Assembly: GCA_028826165.1 (NCBI GenBank)
Contig: JAPDFW010000065.1
Span: 463,107 to 527,106 of the forward strand
Length of the DNA stretch: 64,000 bases
Source of the DNA: Anaeramoeba ignava BMAN
Taxonomy: Eukaryota; Protista; Anaeramoebae
Reading direction: 5' to 3'
Of this stretch, positions 1-13,300 are shown piece after piece (the stretch's first letter is position 1; each line of letters opens with the position of its first letter). The notes under the pieces were generated by a model. It had not been told where the DNA came from. It worked only from the letters and a program-made list of their open reading frames with translations, and did no database searches. Position numbers and translations under genes: made by a program.

Positions 1-620
1 TTTATTTGATTTAAATATTTATTTGATTTAAATTAAATATTGATTTGAATTAAATATTTGATTTGATTTGATTTGATTTAAATTAAATATTTATTTGATT
101 TGATTTGATTTAAATTAAATATTGATTTGATTTGATTTGATTTGATTTGATTTAAATATTTATATATTGATTTGATTTAATTATTTATTTGATTTAATTT
201 AAATATTTATTTGATTTAATTTGAATTAAATATTTATTTGATTTGAATTAAATTAAATATTTATTAGATTTAATTTAAATATTGATTTGATTTGATTTGA
301 TTTGATTTGATTTGATTTTAATTAAATATTTATTTGATTTAAATTAAATATTTATTTGATTTTAATTAAATATTTATTTGATTTGAATTAAATATTGATT
401 TGATTTAAATATTTATTAGATTTGATTTGATTTAAATTAAATATTTATTTGATTTAATTTAAATATTTATATATTGATTTAATTTAAATATTTATTTGAT
501 TTGATTTAAATATTTATTAGATTTAATTTTATTTGAATTAAATATTTATTTGATTTAATTTAAATATTTATTTGATTTGATTTGAATTAAATATTTATTA
601 AATTAAAGATTTATAAGATT
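1..620. repeat. Low-complexity (ATTTG/ATTTA)n tract, probably part of PFO intron 2
   Basis: Degenerate 5-mer repeats downstream of the PFO exon 2 donor, like other repeat-filled introns in this window. Confidence 0.75.
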
Positions 621-640
621 TGGAAAATAAATTGATGATT

Positions 641-1613
641 CATTGGTCGATTTTGCGAATAGATGATCGAAAAATTGGCCAAAAATCATTTTCTTTAATA
701 ACACATCTTTTTGAGCCATTTCTTTTGTTTGTTGTTGAGAAGAAAGGGGTCGAGAAAGTTTATAATACTGATAACAAAAATAAAACTTCTCAAATTTATT
801 TTGCTTTTTTTTTCTTTTATTTGAATAACTTCTTGCAATTTTGAAATAACCATTTTATTCTCAATAAGTTTTATATTTGTTTTTTATTTTTAAATTTGAA
901 TCAATTTAATTTATAGTTGAGATATAAGGAGTTCTTTTTCAAAACTATTAAAATTTATATGTTCTCCCATTTTGGTAAAAAAATCACTCTATGCAAAAAG
1001 TTTGAAATTATATTTTATTGATGAAAAAGATATTCTTTTTTTTACCAAAATGGGAGAAGATGTCTAAAATACTCAAATAAAAAATGAACAAGAAAATTTC
1101 CATTGTATGTAATTGACATCTAAAAGAAATCAATAAAGAATTGTTGATAACTTTTTGAAATATTTTGTCATTGTAATGAAATTAAAAACAAAGATCCTTT
1201 CATACAATGAAGAAAGAATAATCTGAAGAGATAATTTATTTTCAAAATCTAATGAAAAGATTATTCTATTCTCTTAATTCATTTGTTAGAATAAAAAATC
1301 CAAAATCATTTGTCAAAGAAGAGAAAGAATCAAGAAGAGAAATTGAATTGAATTGAGAGATTAGATGAGAAAAGAAACTATTGATTCAAATTGACAAAAT
1401 CGATTCAAAATATGAAGAAAAAGAAAAAGAAAATTTTAATAAAGAATGAAAAAAACAATAAAAAATTTTGAATTTGGTTATTTCATTTTTAGTCAAAAAA
1501 TCTCTTCTTTGTTTTTATCAGAAAAATAATCGATAACAAAGGAAATTATTTCATATATTATCAATAACTCTCAAATTTAGAAAGATAGCATCTTTTCGCA
1601 AAATCGACCATTG
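641..1613. mobile_element. Non-autonomous DNA transposon / MITE-like element with ~25-bp terminal inverted repeats, inside the PFO intron
   Basis: Left end CATTGGTCGATTTTGCGAATAGATG (641-665) vs reverse complement of right end CAATGGTCGATTTTGCGAAAAGATG (1589-1613): 23/25 match, CA...TG termini. Interior is complex sequence without a long ORF. Confidence 0.7.
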
Positions 1614-1660
1614 TTATTTTAAATAAAATTAAATAAAATTAAAAAAATAGAAACACTTAC

Positions 1661-1915
1661 GTTGCTGGAGTAATTGGATATAAAAAAGCTACATCACTCA
1701 TCATATAACCAATATAAGCAGCTGCTGTGTTTCCATCCATTGGTTCTTTTGTCTAATTTACAAAAAAAAAAAGAAGAAAATTAACAAAAAAATTATTTAA
1801 TAAAATTTTTATTGATTTTTTTTTTTTGATTTAAAAAATTTTTTTTTACTGAAAACATTTTAAAAAGTGAATTACTTATGATCTTCTTCTTAATTTTTTT
1901 TGTTGTCTGTAACAT
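1661..1915 (-). CDS. PFO: Pyruvate:ferredoxin oxidoreductase, exons 1-2 (gene continues left beyond the window)
   Basis: Exon 1 1850-1915 MLQTTKKIKKKIISNSLFKMFS; GT-AG intron 1753-1849; exon 2 1661-1752 TKEPMDGNTAAAYIGYMMSDVAFLYPITPAT, the PFOR N-terminal DGN..YPITP motif; donor GTAAGT at 1660. Confidence 0.9.
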
Positions 1916-2039
1916 TTTTTATGTTGTTTTTATTTTTAAAATAATCAAAATAAATGAAAGAAAAAAAATGAAAAAAAAAATAAAAAAAAAATTTTTTTGA
2001 TTTAAATTTTTATTTAATTTTTTCATTTTTTATTTTAAA
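1916..2039. promoter_or_regulatory. Short bidirectional promoter (PFO/URB2) with TTTCATTTT initiator-like motifs on both strands
   Basis: AAAATGAAAA toward PFO and TTTTCATTTT ~15 nt before the URB2 ATG; 124 nt between divergent starts. Confidence 0.55.
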
Positions 2040-5000
2040 ATGGAAAATAAATTTAATCAACTTTATTCAAAAAATTTAAATTCAAATGAAAAAATCGAAT
2101 TAGCTAATAATATTTTTAAAGATGAAAAAGCATTTCTTATTAATAAAAATCAAGTTTTATTAACATGGATTATAAATATATTAATTAAATCATTAAAAAC
2201 AGAAAAATTCAAATCAAAATTCAAATCAAAATTCAAATCAAAATTCAAATCAAAATTCAAATCAAAATTCAATTCAAAATTCAAATCAAAATTCAATTCA
2301 AAATTCAAATCAAAATTCAAATCAAAATTCAAATCAAAATTCAATTCAAAATTTAGAAAAAAATTTAGAAAAAAATGAAAACCTCAAAATTTCATATTGG
2401 GATTTCCTCATCTTAATACTTAAAACAATATCAACTCAAAATATCTCATCCCCAAAAATATCAATACATCCAAAACTCCTCTCTTCAATCTCATACGCAA
2501 TAACACACTCAAAAGACACAAAACTCCTCAATATAATCAATAACTTGATTTCTTTATTATCATCAGAACTCAGAAATTATTTCAGAGTATCTCTCTTCCA
2601 AATAGCGCAATTCATTGAAGATACTACATCACACTTCATCACAAACTCACCACAAAATAACATCCTAATAAATACCCATTTACTTATCATTCAAAAAGCC
2701 ATTTTTCTCTTTAACAAAAAATACGAAGAACAATCAAATCATAAAAGTGTTTATTTAATGTTCCTCAAAAAACTCTTTTGGCCACTCCTCAAATTCAATT
2801 ACTCCCTTCTTTCACTCATCCCAAAACCCCAAAATTCTTGTGCACTTTCCTCTCAAATCAAGGATCTCATTTCAAATGTTCTTTTCCATAAAAATCACAT
2901 TTATGAATACCAAATTTCAATTAAAAATATTCACAAAGAAAACAAAAAATCAGAATCATATCCTTCCAAATTCTTCCAAAAATTATCCCAATTTTCTCAA
3001 TCAAAAGAAATCAAATCACTTCTTCCCTTTTTCCTCAAAACCTTCATTACAAAATACCACAAATACATCTCAAAATCATCACTAAAATTACCCAAAAAAT
3101 ATGCAAAAAATCAAAAAAATCAAAAAAATCAAGAAAAAGAACAATCACCAATCGAGTTTGCATTTTTCATCCAATTATCAAATACAATCCCTAAAATTGA
3201 GGAAAAAAACTTTGAAAAAAACGATAAAGAATCACTTCTTTTTGATCTTGAAATCACAAACGAATTATTATCAACTTTGATACACTTCCAAATATACAAA
3301 ATCGCACAGGATAATCTACTTTATAATAATTTCCAATATAATTTCCTTCTTCAAACATTTGTTATCCCAATATCTCGGATATTGCTCCAAGAAACAATCC
3401 CCAAATTAAATCAACCATTAATATCCTCAATATTCCAATTGATGAAAAAATTATTTTCAATGAATCACTTACTTTTTTCTCAAAATCTTGAGCAATTTTT
3501 CACTACAAATCTCTCTCAAAATACAATTCATTCCGCTACTTTTTTTTACAATAAGATCATCAAAACTTTTTCTCAATTATCCCAAATGGACAAAATTCTC
3601 CAAATCATTCTTTCTGCAAATCTCAGCAATTTTCAAACACCCTCACATTTATTCAACTCTTTGAAATTCAAACAAAAACTCTCAAAGTTATTTCTTGATC
3701 TTTCTGAAAATCAAATTTTCACCATTTGGCAAATGTTCCTCGACCATATCAACTCTAGCTTCACAGAATATAAATCTTCACAATCACTTCTTGTTGCAAT
3801 CCAATATTCTAGCTTTTTTCTCACTTCAATTTCCCAAATCACACTTAAAAATTACCAAAATATTCATCACTTACTCACTCAATCTTTCAATTCAACACTC
3901 AAAACTCTCTACAATAAATTCACTTCCTCATATTTGATTGACTACGGAACCTCTTTTTTTCTCCTATTCATTTCTCTCTGGAAAATTTTAAGAGCTTATC
4001 AATCAATACAAAATTCTTCATTAATTCAAGAACTCAAAATTGTTCCTCAAAATTTTATTCAGGAAATTGATCCTCATTTTTCAATTAAAAAATTACGTTT
4101 GTTTTCCAAAAAGAATCAATCATCAACCACACAAAAATCCACTGTTCCTTTTTCCAAAGATCTTTTCTCTTTTTGCTTACTTGAATTTGCGACTCTCTGG
4201 CTTGAATTGAGTTGCAATTATCAAAAAAGCACTGAAAAAACTGGAAACGGAAATGGAAATTGAAGAAGAAAATGAAAATCTCATAAAAATCAAGCAAAAC
4301 TTATCCAAATTCATCTACCATCAAGTTTTCAATCTTATTTCATTACTTTCTACCAACCCAATTGCCAAAATAAAATCTTTGGATCAACAATTTCTTACCA
4401 ATTATTTCCTCATTTTCTCATCAAATACTTATATGATTAGTGAAAATATTCCTTCAAAATATATTGCCAAAATTCTCCAAAAACTTCTCCATTTAATTTT
4501 GCAAGATGATCAACAAAATCAAAATGATTCCTCTCAAATTCTATCCCAATTTGCTTTGTCAATTTTCAGCAGTGATTTATTTTATGAGTCAAGAAATATC
4601 CAACAAAATTTCACAAAAATAATCCAAAAAAACATCCAATCAAATCAAAAAAACGCACAACAATTATTCCAATTTATAACCAGAATTCCTATCGAATTTA
4701 TTGATCATAATTTAGCAACTTTATTGATTCAATCATTTATTAATGATTTGCTTGATTTTTTAAATGGAAAAACAAATTTATCAGCACCAATTTCTTTAAT
4801 TATTCAATGGATCAAAAAATTTTCACAAATTTTCTCAGTGGAATTTTCACAAGAAATGAAAGGAAGTAAAATTATCCAAATGACAAATTTGTTCAAAAAT
4901 GAACCTATCAATAATTCCCTTGAAAAAAATCAGAATGACTCAAATATCAAACTCGATATTTTTTCTTGGCTATGCAATCACTTTCTGAAAATTGAATGTT

Positions 5001-6736
5001 TTGAAAAAAAAGAAACGGATCTAAAACAAATTTACGAAATTATCACAAATGATTTGGCGAAAAAAAAGAAATCAACCGATAAAAACAAAAACCCTGAAGA
5101 AATTGCATTTTCTCAAGAATTAAAAGTGTGTTCAAAAATTTCAAAATCAGCAGTTGAAATGTTGCGAAATCTTGAAGAAGAAATTTCTCATCAACAAAGA
5201 TCAAAATCCAAATTATTTGTTCCTGAATTTGTTTATGAATTCTTCGCACAGATTTATTTAAATACAAGAAGAGTGTTTCATGGGTTAGAAAAGGGAAAAT
5301 ACGATCAAAATGCAAATAAAAGTGATTTGATCGATATTATGTTTGATTTGTTTCTTTCTCAATTTGAATTTTATCAAATCATTTCAAATTCAAAATTGAT
5401 TGAATTACCTCAAAAAATATGGAGTAAAATAACTGATATAAGAATATTCAAATATTTCAACTATTTTCTCAAAATATCAACCGAAAAATTAATGCAGAAA
5501 AACATTTCTTCTCAAACAAAAGACATTTATTTAGAATTTATTCGCGTTTTTTGTGAAAGAATCAATTTGATTTCTCCCAAAGTTCCTGATCTTGTTTATT
5601 CCAAATTATTCGCATTAATTTTCTTTTGTTTTACTCAAAATTACAGAGAAATTTTCGAAAATCAATCAGAAAGGCAAAATTCACATCAGGAACAAGAACA
5701 AAAACTGAAATACATTTTTGGATTACTTGTTCAAAAATCAAGCAAGGAAAGTATTCAAATGCTTGTTAATTTTCTGAGTGCAGAGCTCCGAAGCTTTTCA
5801 ACTCCTTTTCATCAAATTGAATCACTTTCTCATTTATCACAAGATTTTCAGTCTCAAATTTTTCTTCACATTTCAAAAGGAGCTTCTGTCATTACTGCCT
5901 TACAAATATTACTATTAAAATCATTCCATAAAAATTTCATTTCGGTACAAAATATTTTGAAATTGTTCATTTCACTTGCAAACGAAATATCCGCTTTAGG
6001 ATCTTCAAGTTGTTCAATTCTTAACTGGAAAAAATCAAAAGAATCAAATCAAATCCATCACTTATTAATTTCAAGCTTTGTTTCTCCAGGAATGAAGACA
6101 ATATCAACATTTTTGAAAAAGAATTCAATTTCTCATTTCGATCCACATTTCATCTCAATTATTTTGGCTTCAATAAATCCTTATTTAAAAATGAACCGAT
6201 TGAGCGATCCAATTTTAATCAAAAAAATTGGAATTTCCTCAATTTCATCTCAAGAACCTGAAGTTTTCAAACAAATTGAAATGATTCTCTTCTCAATTTC
6301 TCAATATCATCAAGAACAGGCTTTCCAAATCATTTCCTCTTTGATTTCTTGTTTGAATTCTTTAATGGACTCTTTTTTCCATCGTTTTCGTTTATTTGAT
6401 TTAAAATTAATCTCTTTTGAAGATCGTTCAAATGTTTGGGATTTGAAAACAACAAGAAATTTACATAAAATTTTTCAATCAATTTCTCGTGAACCAAAAT
6501 TTTTCAGAAAATATTCCGTTTATCTTATCAAACAATATCTTTGGAATATTCAATTTGTTGATCTTCCTTCAATTCATAAACGTGTTTTACTTCAAGCTAT
6601 TTTTTCTATTCTTGATTCTTGTTCTGAAGTTGAATTTAAATTGGTTCATCAACTTTCAAATGATACTGAAAAATTATTATTTAAACAAATTTATGAAGAA
6701 TTTTTACATTCTTGGAAATGGAAAGGAAAGAATTAA
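2040..6736 (+). CDS. URB2: Nucleolar pre-ribosomal protein URB2/Npa2-like (two apparent +1 frameshifts at A-runs, ~2205 and ~4225)
   Basis: N-terminal FLINKNQVLLTWI and C-terminal Urb2-like LLQAIFSILDSCS...LFKQIYEEFLHSWKWKGK. ORFs 2040, 2545 and 4253 join after removing one A at each run. Confidence 0.7.
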
Positions 6737-6958
6737 ATTTTAAAAAGAAAATAAAATAGATTTTTTAATTAAAAAAAAAAAAGTGGAACAAAAAAATTTT
6801 TTGTTTTTTTTTATAACTTGAATTGATTTGAAGAAAAAAAAAATTTCCATTACTTGCAACTTATTAATTATTTAGAAGTTTAAATTTTTTTGTTATAAAA
6901 AAAAAAAAAGGAATAACAATTAATTTCTTTTTTCTTTTTTTGAAGATTAATTAAAAAT

Positions 6959-9526
6959 TTAACAACAACCATTTCTTTTTGGAGTTTCTGTCAAATTGTT
7001 TTCATCTAAAGTAATTTGAGTATCTAAAAAGAAATATAAATTAAATTTAATTAAAAAATCAAAATTAAAAAATTTAATCGAAAAATTTTTACTTAAAATT
7101 TGATTTTGTTGAATCATTTGAGAATTTTCTGGTTTTTCTTGAGAACTAATTAAAATTGAAGAAATTTTACGAAATAAATCTTTAACATTTTCACCAGTTT
7201 TTGCACTAACTTCAAAAAATGAAAAATTATTTTGTTGTGAAAATTTTTCAAGTTCTTCTTTTGAAACTTGTCTTAATTCATTTAAATCTGTTTTGTTTCC
7301 AACAATAAAAATTGTAAAATCTTCTCCATGTTCTTCTTGAATAAATTTTAACCAAATATTCAAATTTTCGAAGGATTGTTTTTCTTTTTGAATATAAAAT
7401 ATAAATATAAATATAATTTTGAATATAAATATAATTTTGAATATAAATATAATTTTGAATATAAAATATATATTGAATATAAATTATATATTGAATATAA
7501 AATATAAATATAAATATAATTTTGAATATAAATTTAATTTTGAATATAAATTATATATTGAATATAAATTATATTTTGAATATAAATTATATATTGAATA
7601 TAAATTATATTTTGAATATAAATTATATTTTAAATATAAATATTTTGAATATAAATTATATTTTGAATATAAATTATATTTTGAATATAAATTATATTTT
7701 GAATATAAATTATATATTGAATATAAATTATATATTAAATATAAATTATATTTTGAATATAAATTATATATTGAATATAAATTATATTTTGAATATAAAA
7801 ATATATTGAATATAAATTATATTTTGAATATAAATTATATTTTGAATATAAATTATATTTTGATTATAAATTATATTTTGAATATAAATTATATATTGAA
7901 TATAAATTATATATTGAATATAAATTATATATTGAATATAAATTATATTTTTGATTATAAATTATATTTTTGATTATAAATTATATTTTTGAATATAAAT
8001 TATATTTTGAATATAAATTATATTTTGAATATAAATATAAATATTTTTGAATATAAATATTATTTTGAATATATTTTGATTATAAATTATATTTTGAATA
8101 TAAATTATATATTGAATATAAATTATATATTGAATATAAATTATATTTTGAATATAAATTATATATTGAATATAAATTATATTTTGAATATAAAATTATA
8201 TATTGAATATAAAATATATATTGAATATAAATTATATTTTGAATATAAATTATATATTGAATGAAAATATATATTGAATATAAATTATATTTTGAATATA
8301 AATATATTTTGAATATAAATTATATTTTGAATATAAAATATATATTTTGAATATAAATTATATTTTGAATATAAATAAAATTGAATATAAATATTTTGAA
8401 TATAAATTATATTTTGAATATAAATTATATATTGAATATAAATTATATTTTGAATATAAATTATATTTTGAATATAAATAATATTTTGAATATAAATTAT
8501 ATATTAAATATAAATTAAATATATATTATATTGAATATAAATTATATTTTGAATATAAATTATATATTGATTATAAATTATATATTGAATATAAATTATA
8601 TTTTTGAATATAAATTATATTTTGATTATAAATTATATTTTGAATATAAATTATATTTTTGAATATAAATTATATTTTTGAATATAAAATTATATTTTTG
8701 AATATAAATATATATTTTGAATATAAATTATATTTTGATTATAAATTATATTTTGAATATAAATTATATATTAAATATAAATTATATATTGAATATAAAT
8801 TATATATTGAATATAAATAATATATTGAATATAAATTATATATTGAATATAAATAATATATTGAATATAAATAATATATTGAATATAAATTATATATTGA
8901 ATATAAATTATATATTGAATATAAATTATATATTAAATATAAATATTATTTTGAATATAAATTATATTTTGAATATAAATATTATTTTGAATATAAATAT
9001 TATTTTGAATTGATTTTGAATTGATTTTGAATTGATGTTGAATATAAAAGGTGTTAAATATAAAAGGTTTTTGATTTAATACTTGAAATATCAAAAACAA
9101 CAATTGCAACAGATGAATCACGAATATATGTAGGAAGTAAACTTCTAAATTTTTCTTGACCTAAAAAAAAAATATTTTTTAAAAAAAATTTTTTCAATTC
9201 AATTCAAAATAAAAAATAATTCAAAATAAAAATTAATAAACTAACCAGCAGTATCCCAAAGATGTAATCGTATAATTTGATCGTCAATTCTCATAGTTTT
9301 TGAAATAAAATCAATTCCAACAGTTGCCTTTTAAATTTATTAATAAATTTATTAATAATTTTTTTTCAATTTGATTTTTTTTCAATTTGTTTTTTTTTCA
9401 ATTTACTTGTTGAGAAATGTCAAAAGAATCATAAAGGAAACGAGTTATTATGGAAGTTTTTCCAACTCCATAATCTCCAAGAAAACAAACTTTAAAATTG
9501 TTATTCAAAAGATCATTTTTTTGCAT
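6959..9526 (-). CDS. RAB6: Rab6-like small GTPase, 5 exons
   Basis: Spliced: [78 protein letters not shown]-terminal CC. Large intron 7384-9082. Confidence 0.9.
7384..9082 (-). repeat. Rab6 intron filled with ~18-bp minisatellite (TTGAATATAAATTATATT/A)
   Basis: Visible tandem repeat between GT and AG; source of spurious ILNINY ORFs. Confidence 0.85.
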
Positions 9527-9639
9527 TTTTTTTTGTTTGTAAAAAAAATAAAAGAAAATAAAAAGAAAAATGAAAAAATGAAAAAATGAAAAAATGAAAA
9601 AATGAAAAAAAATTTATTTTGAATTTATTTTGATTATAA

Positions 9640-10330
9640 ATATAATTTAAATTGAATTAAATTAAATTAAATTGAATTGAATTGAATTAAATATTGAATT
9701 AAATTAAATTAAATTAAATTGAATATTGAATTAAATATTAAATTAAATATTGAATTGAATTGAATTAAAATTTTATTGAATTGAATTAAATTGAAATTGA
9801 TTAAATAAATTGAATTGATTTTAAAATTGAATTGAATTAAAATTGAATTAAATTAAATTGAAATTTGAATTAAATTAAATTAAATTGAATATTGAAATTG
9901 AATTGAATTAAATTGATTATTGAATTAAATATTGAATTGAATTGAATTAAAATTAAATTAAATTGAATATTGAATTGAATTGATTATTGAATTGAATTGA
10001 ATATTAAATTGAATTAAATATTAAATTAAATTAAATTGAATTGATTTTAAATTGAATTGAATTAAATATTGAATTAAATTAAATTGAATATTAAATTGAA
10101 TTAAATTAAATTAAATTGAATTGAATTGAATTGAATTGAAATAAATTGAATTAAATTGAATTAAATATTGAATTAAATATTAAATTAAATTAAATATTGA
10201 ATTGAATATTAAATTAAATTGAATTGAATTGAATATTGAAAATTGAATTGAATTGAAAATTGAATTGAAATAAATTGATTTTAAATTGAATTGAATTAAA
10301 TTTTGAATTGAATTGAATTGAATTTCAAAT
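9640..10330. repeat. Intergenic (TTGAA/TTAAA)n low-complexity tract
   Basis: Direct inspection. Confidence 0.85.
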
Positions 10331-10343
10331 TTTGAATCGATTT

Positions 10344-13300
10344 TCATTTTTTCTTTCGATTTTTATTTCGATTTTTGTTTTTATTCTGATTTCGATTTTT
10401 GTTTTGGTTATTTGATTGAGATTTATTTTTTGAATCACTAAGAGAAACAGTAAAATAATCAGGAATACTAAAAGTCTGAGCAATCAAATCCAAATTTCCA
10501 TTTAAATTAATACACAACAAACGAGTAATAACCAAAGATTCATCTTGAAGAGTAAAATAATAAACTTTTTTTCTCAAATCAGGAATATTAACAATTTCAC
10601 AAATAGCAAGACAAGACATTTGAGAACTGTCTTCATTAAAAATAGAATTTCCCCAAATTTGACCTGGATAACCATAAGCAATGGAAGTAGCAGAATTTCT
10701 AGCAAAATAAATACCAGAACCCATAGCAGCTCCATGAATCATCATTTTAGTATGAGAATAATTTTTAAGACCCTTTCTTAAGATACTATGCCAATTCCGA
10801 AGTGGCGAACCATGAAACGCAAAAAACGATCCATGGATTGCTTTCTGCCGTGCAAAGGCTTCTTCTTTTTCTGGTGGAGCTGTGAGCATTAAGAACTGCT
10901 CTTGACAATCCAATTCCTTAATCCAATGTTTTGTTAAAGGTATTAAATGTGCTCTATTGCTTGTTAATAACCATCTTAATACTAAATATGCTTGTGGATG
11001 AATTTTTTCCAGTTTCTTCTTGATTAATTCATCATCTTTTGATTTCATTGCAACCGATTTTAGTGATTTAACTGACGGCAATTGAAGTAAAATGTCTTTC
11101 AATTCTAAATATGGATCGTTTTTTGATTCAAATAAAAATGATGGTAAAGGATCGAAAATTTCATCGTAATTTTCTTTCGGATTTTCAAATGCTGAAATTG
11201 CAAGTGTAATTAATAAATCTACAATTTTGATGTTTTTTTTAAGCTCCAAATAAACTGGTAAACTCATTCCAAGTTCTTGATATCCAAATAAACACAATAC
11301 TTTTGAACAGCAAGTCGGTTTATATAATCCTTTGATTTTTAATTCATCTCCACAAACAAAACAATAATCTCCAATATGAAGAACTCGATCCGTCAAAAGA
11401 TATATCATTTCTGAAAATATATTTTCTGGAAGAGGATATTTTTTTGGTTCAATAATTTCATCCTCTTTTGTTTCACTGTTCGAAACTTGATTTTGGATTT
11501 TGTTGAAACGATCCTTTATTTTTTGCTTTCTTTCTGCTCGTTTTTTTTCTAACGCTTCCCGCTTTTTTTGTTTGTTCGATTTCTTCTTTTTTGGTGTTTC
11601 GTCTTCTTTTTTGGAAACAATTTCTGTATCTTTCAAAATTTTAATTTGTTGATCTTTTTTTTGAAGTAGTTGACTTTCTATAATTGGTTTTTTTGATTCT
11701 TTATTTTCTAATAAAATTGATAAAGCTTTTTCAAAATCATTATGAGTATTTTGGAGAGTATTTATAATTAAATCTTCATCAAACCCCAAATTAGATAGTT
11801 GAGAAAAATGATCAACAAATAATTCATCATTTTGATTTTGATTTTGATTTTCATTCAATTTTTGATTTTCATTTTCATTCAATTTTTGATTTTCATTTTG
11901 ATTTTCATTTTGATTTTCATTCAATTTTTGATTTTCATTTTGATTTTCATTTTGATTTTGATTTTGATTTTCATTTTGATTTTGATTCAATTTTTCATTC
12001 AATTTTTCATTTTGATTTTGATTTTGATTTTCATTTTGATTTTCATTTTGATTTTGATTTTGATTTTCATTTTGATTTTCATTTTGATTTTGATTCAATT
12101 TTTGATTTTCATTTTGATTTTCATTCAATTTTTCATTTTGATTTTGATTTTGATTTTGATTTTGATTTTCATTTTGATTTTGATTTTGATTTTTATTCAA
12201 TTTTTCATTTTCTTTTTTTCTTTCCATATGTTCATGAATAAGATTTTTTATTTTACTACAAAAAGCTTTCCATACATCACGAATATAATCTTCAAGAAAA
12301 CGTTTTAAATGCAAACAAATTGGAGACACTTTTTTAGTTGGTTTTTTTCCATCTCTATATTGAATAATATTAATACTTGGAAATTGTGATTCATTCAAAA
12401 AATCTCCTAAAAATTTGAATGTAACTTCAAGAACTACATCTGAATCTTTTCCCATATTTTCATATGGATGAATTATCAAATGAACTGAATTTTCAGAATT
12501 TTTTAGATAAATTGATTTGCGAGAATAAATTCTTTGACAATTTTTGATTAATTTCTTTAAAACTTGATCTTGATAATCAAAAAAAATAAAAGAAGTTTGA
12601 AATTGATAATCATCTTCATCTTCATTATAATCTAAATCTGAACTTTCATTAGAACTTTCATCAGAATTTGAATTTGAATCTGAATTTGAATTTGAATTTA
12701 ATTTTTCAATTTTTTGAGAATTTAATTTTGTTTTTTCTTCTTGTTTAAATAATAAATGATTTTTCAAAGAAGGAAATTTTTCTGAACATTTTAAAATGAT
12801 TAAATTAATTAAAGATTCAAAAGACAATTTTTTTTCCCCAAATTGATTTTTAATTGATTCTAAAATGGATAAAATTTGTTCATTTTCTGATTGTGTAGTA
12901 ATTATTGGGTTTTCTTTTGTAATATCTTTGTTAACAATAATATCAAATTCAATTTTCTTTTTTATTTCTAAAATTTCCAATCGAAGGACAAGAGAATAAT
13001 TATCTTGAATTTTTTCAAAGAAAAGTTTGAGAGAATTATTTTTATTGAAAAATTTTTCTTGGAATTGTTTAAGAAATTGAGAAGAGATCTTTTTTTTTTT
13101 TTAAAATTTGAATTAAATATTAAATATTGAATTAAATTAAATTGAATATTGAATTAAATATTAAATATTGAATTAAATTTTTGAATTAAATTGAATTAAA
13201 TATTGAATTAAATTGAATTAAATTAAATTAAATATTGAATTAAATATTAAATATTAAATATTGAATTGAATTGAATTAAATTAAATATTGAATTGAATAT

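Noticed and set aside
940-1066. KMGE-coding sequence in the hairpin as a possible next PFO exon
   Set aside because: No AG acceptor and the following residues do not resemble PFOR; treated as coincidence.
2200-4260. Repeated +1 frameshifts at A-runs (URB2, RCC1-BTB A, RNF213-like) suggesting programmed frameshifting
   Set aside because: Indels occur in both directions (e.g. missing bases at 39690-39735, +2/-2 at 18550-18615) and mostly at homopolymers, typical of long-read assembly error; short-read polishing is needed before any claim.
7419-9013. ORFs such as [18 protein letters not shown] and FDFDFD throughout the window
   Set aside because: Translations of intronic repeats or of the wrong frame or strand of NQ tracts.
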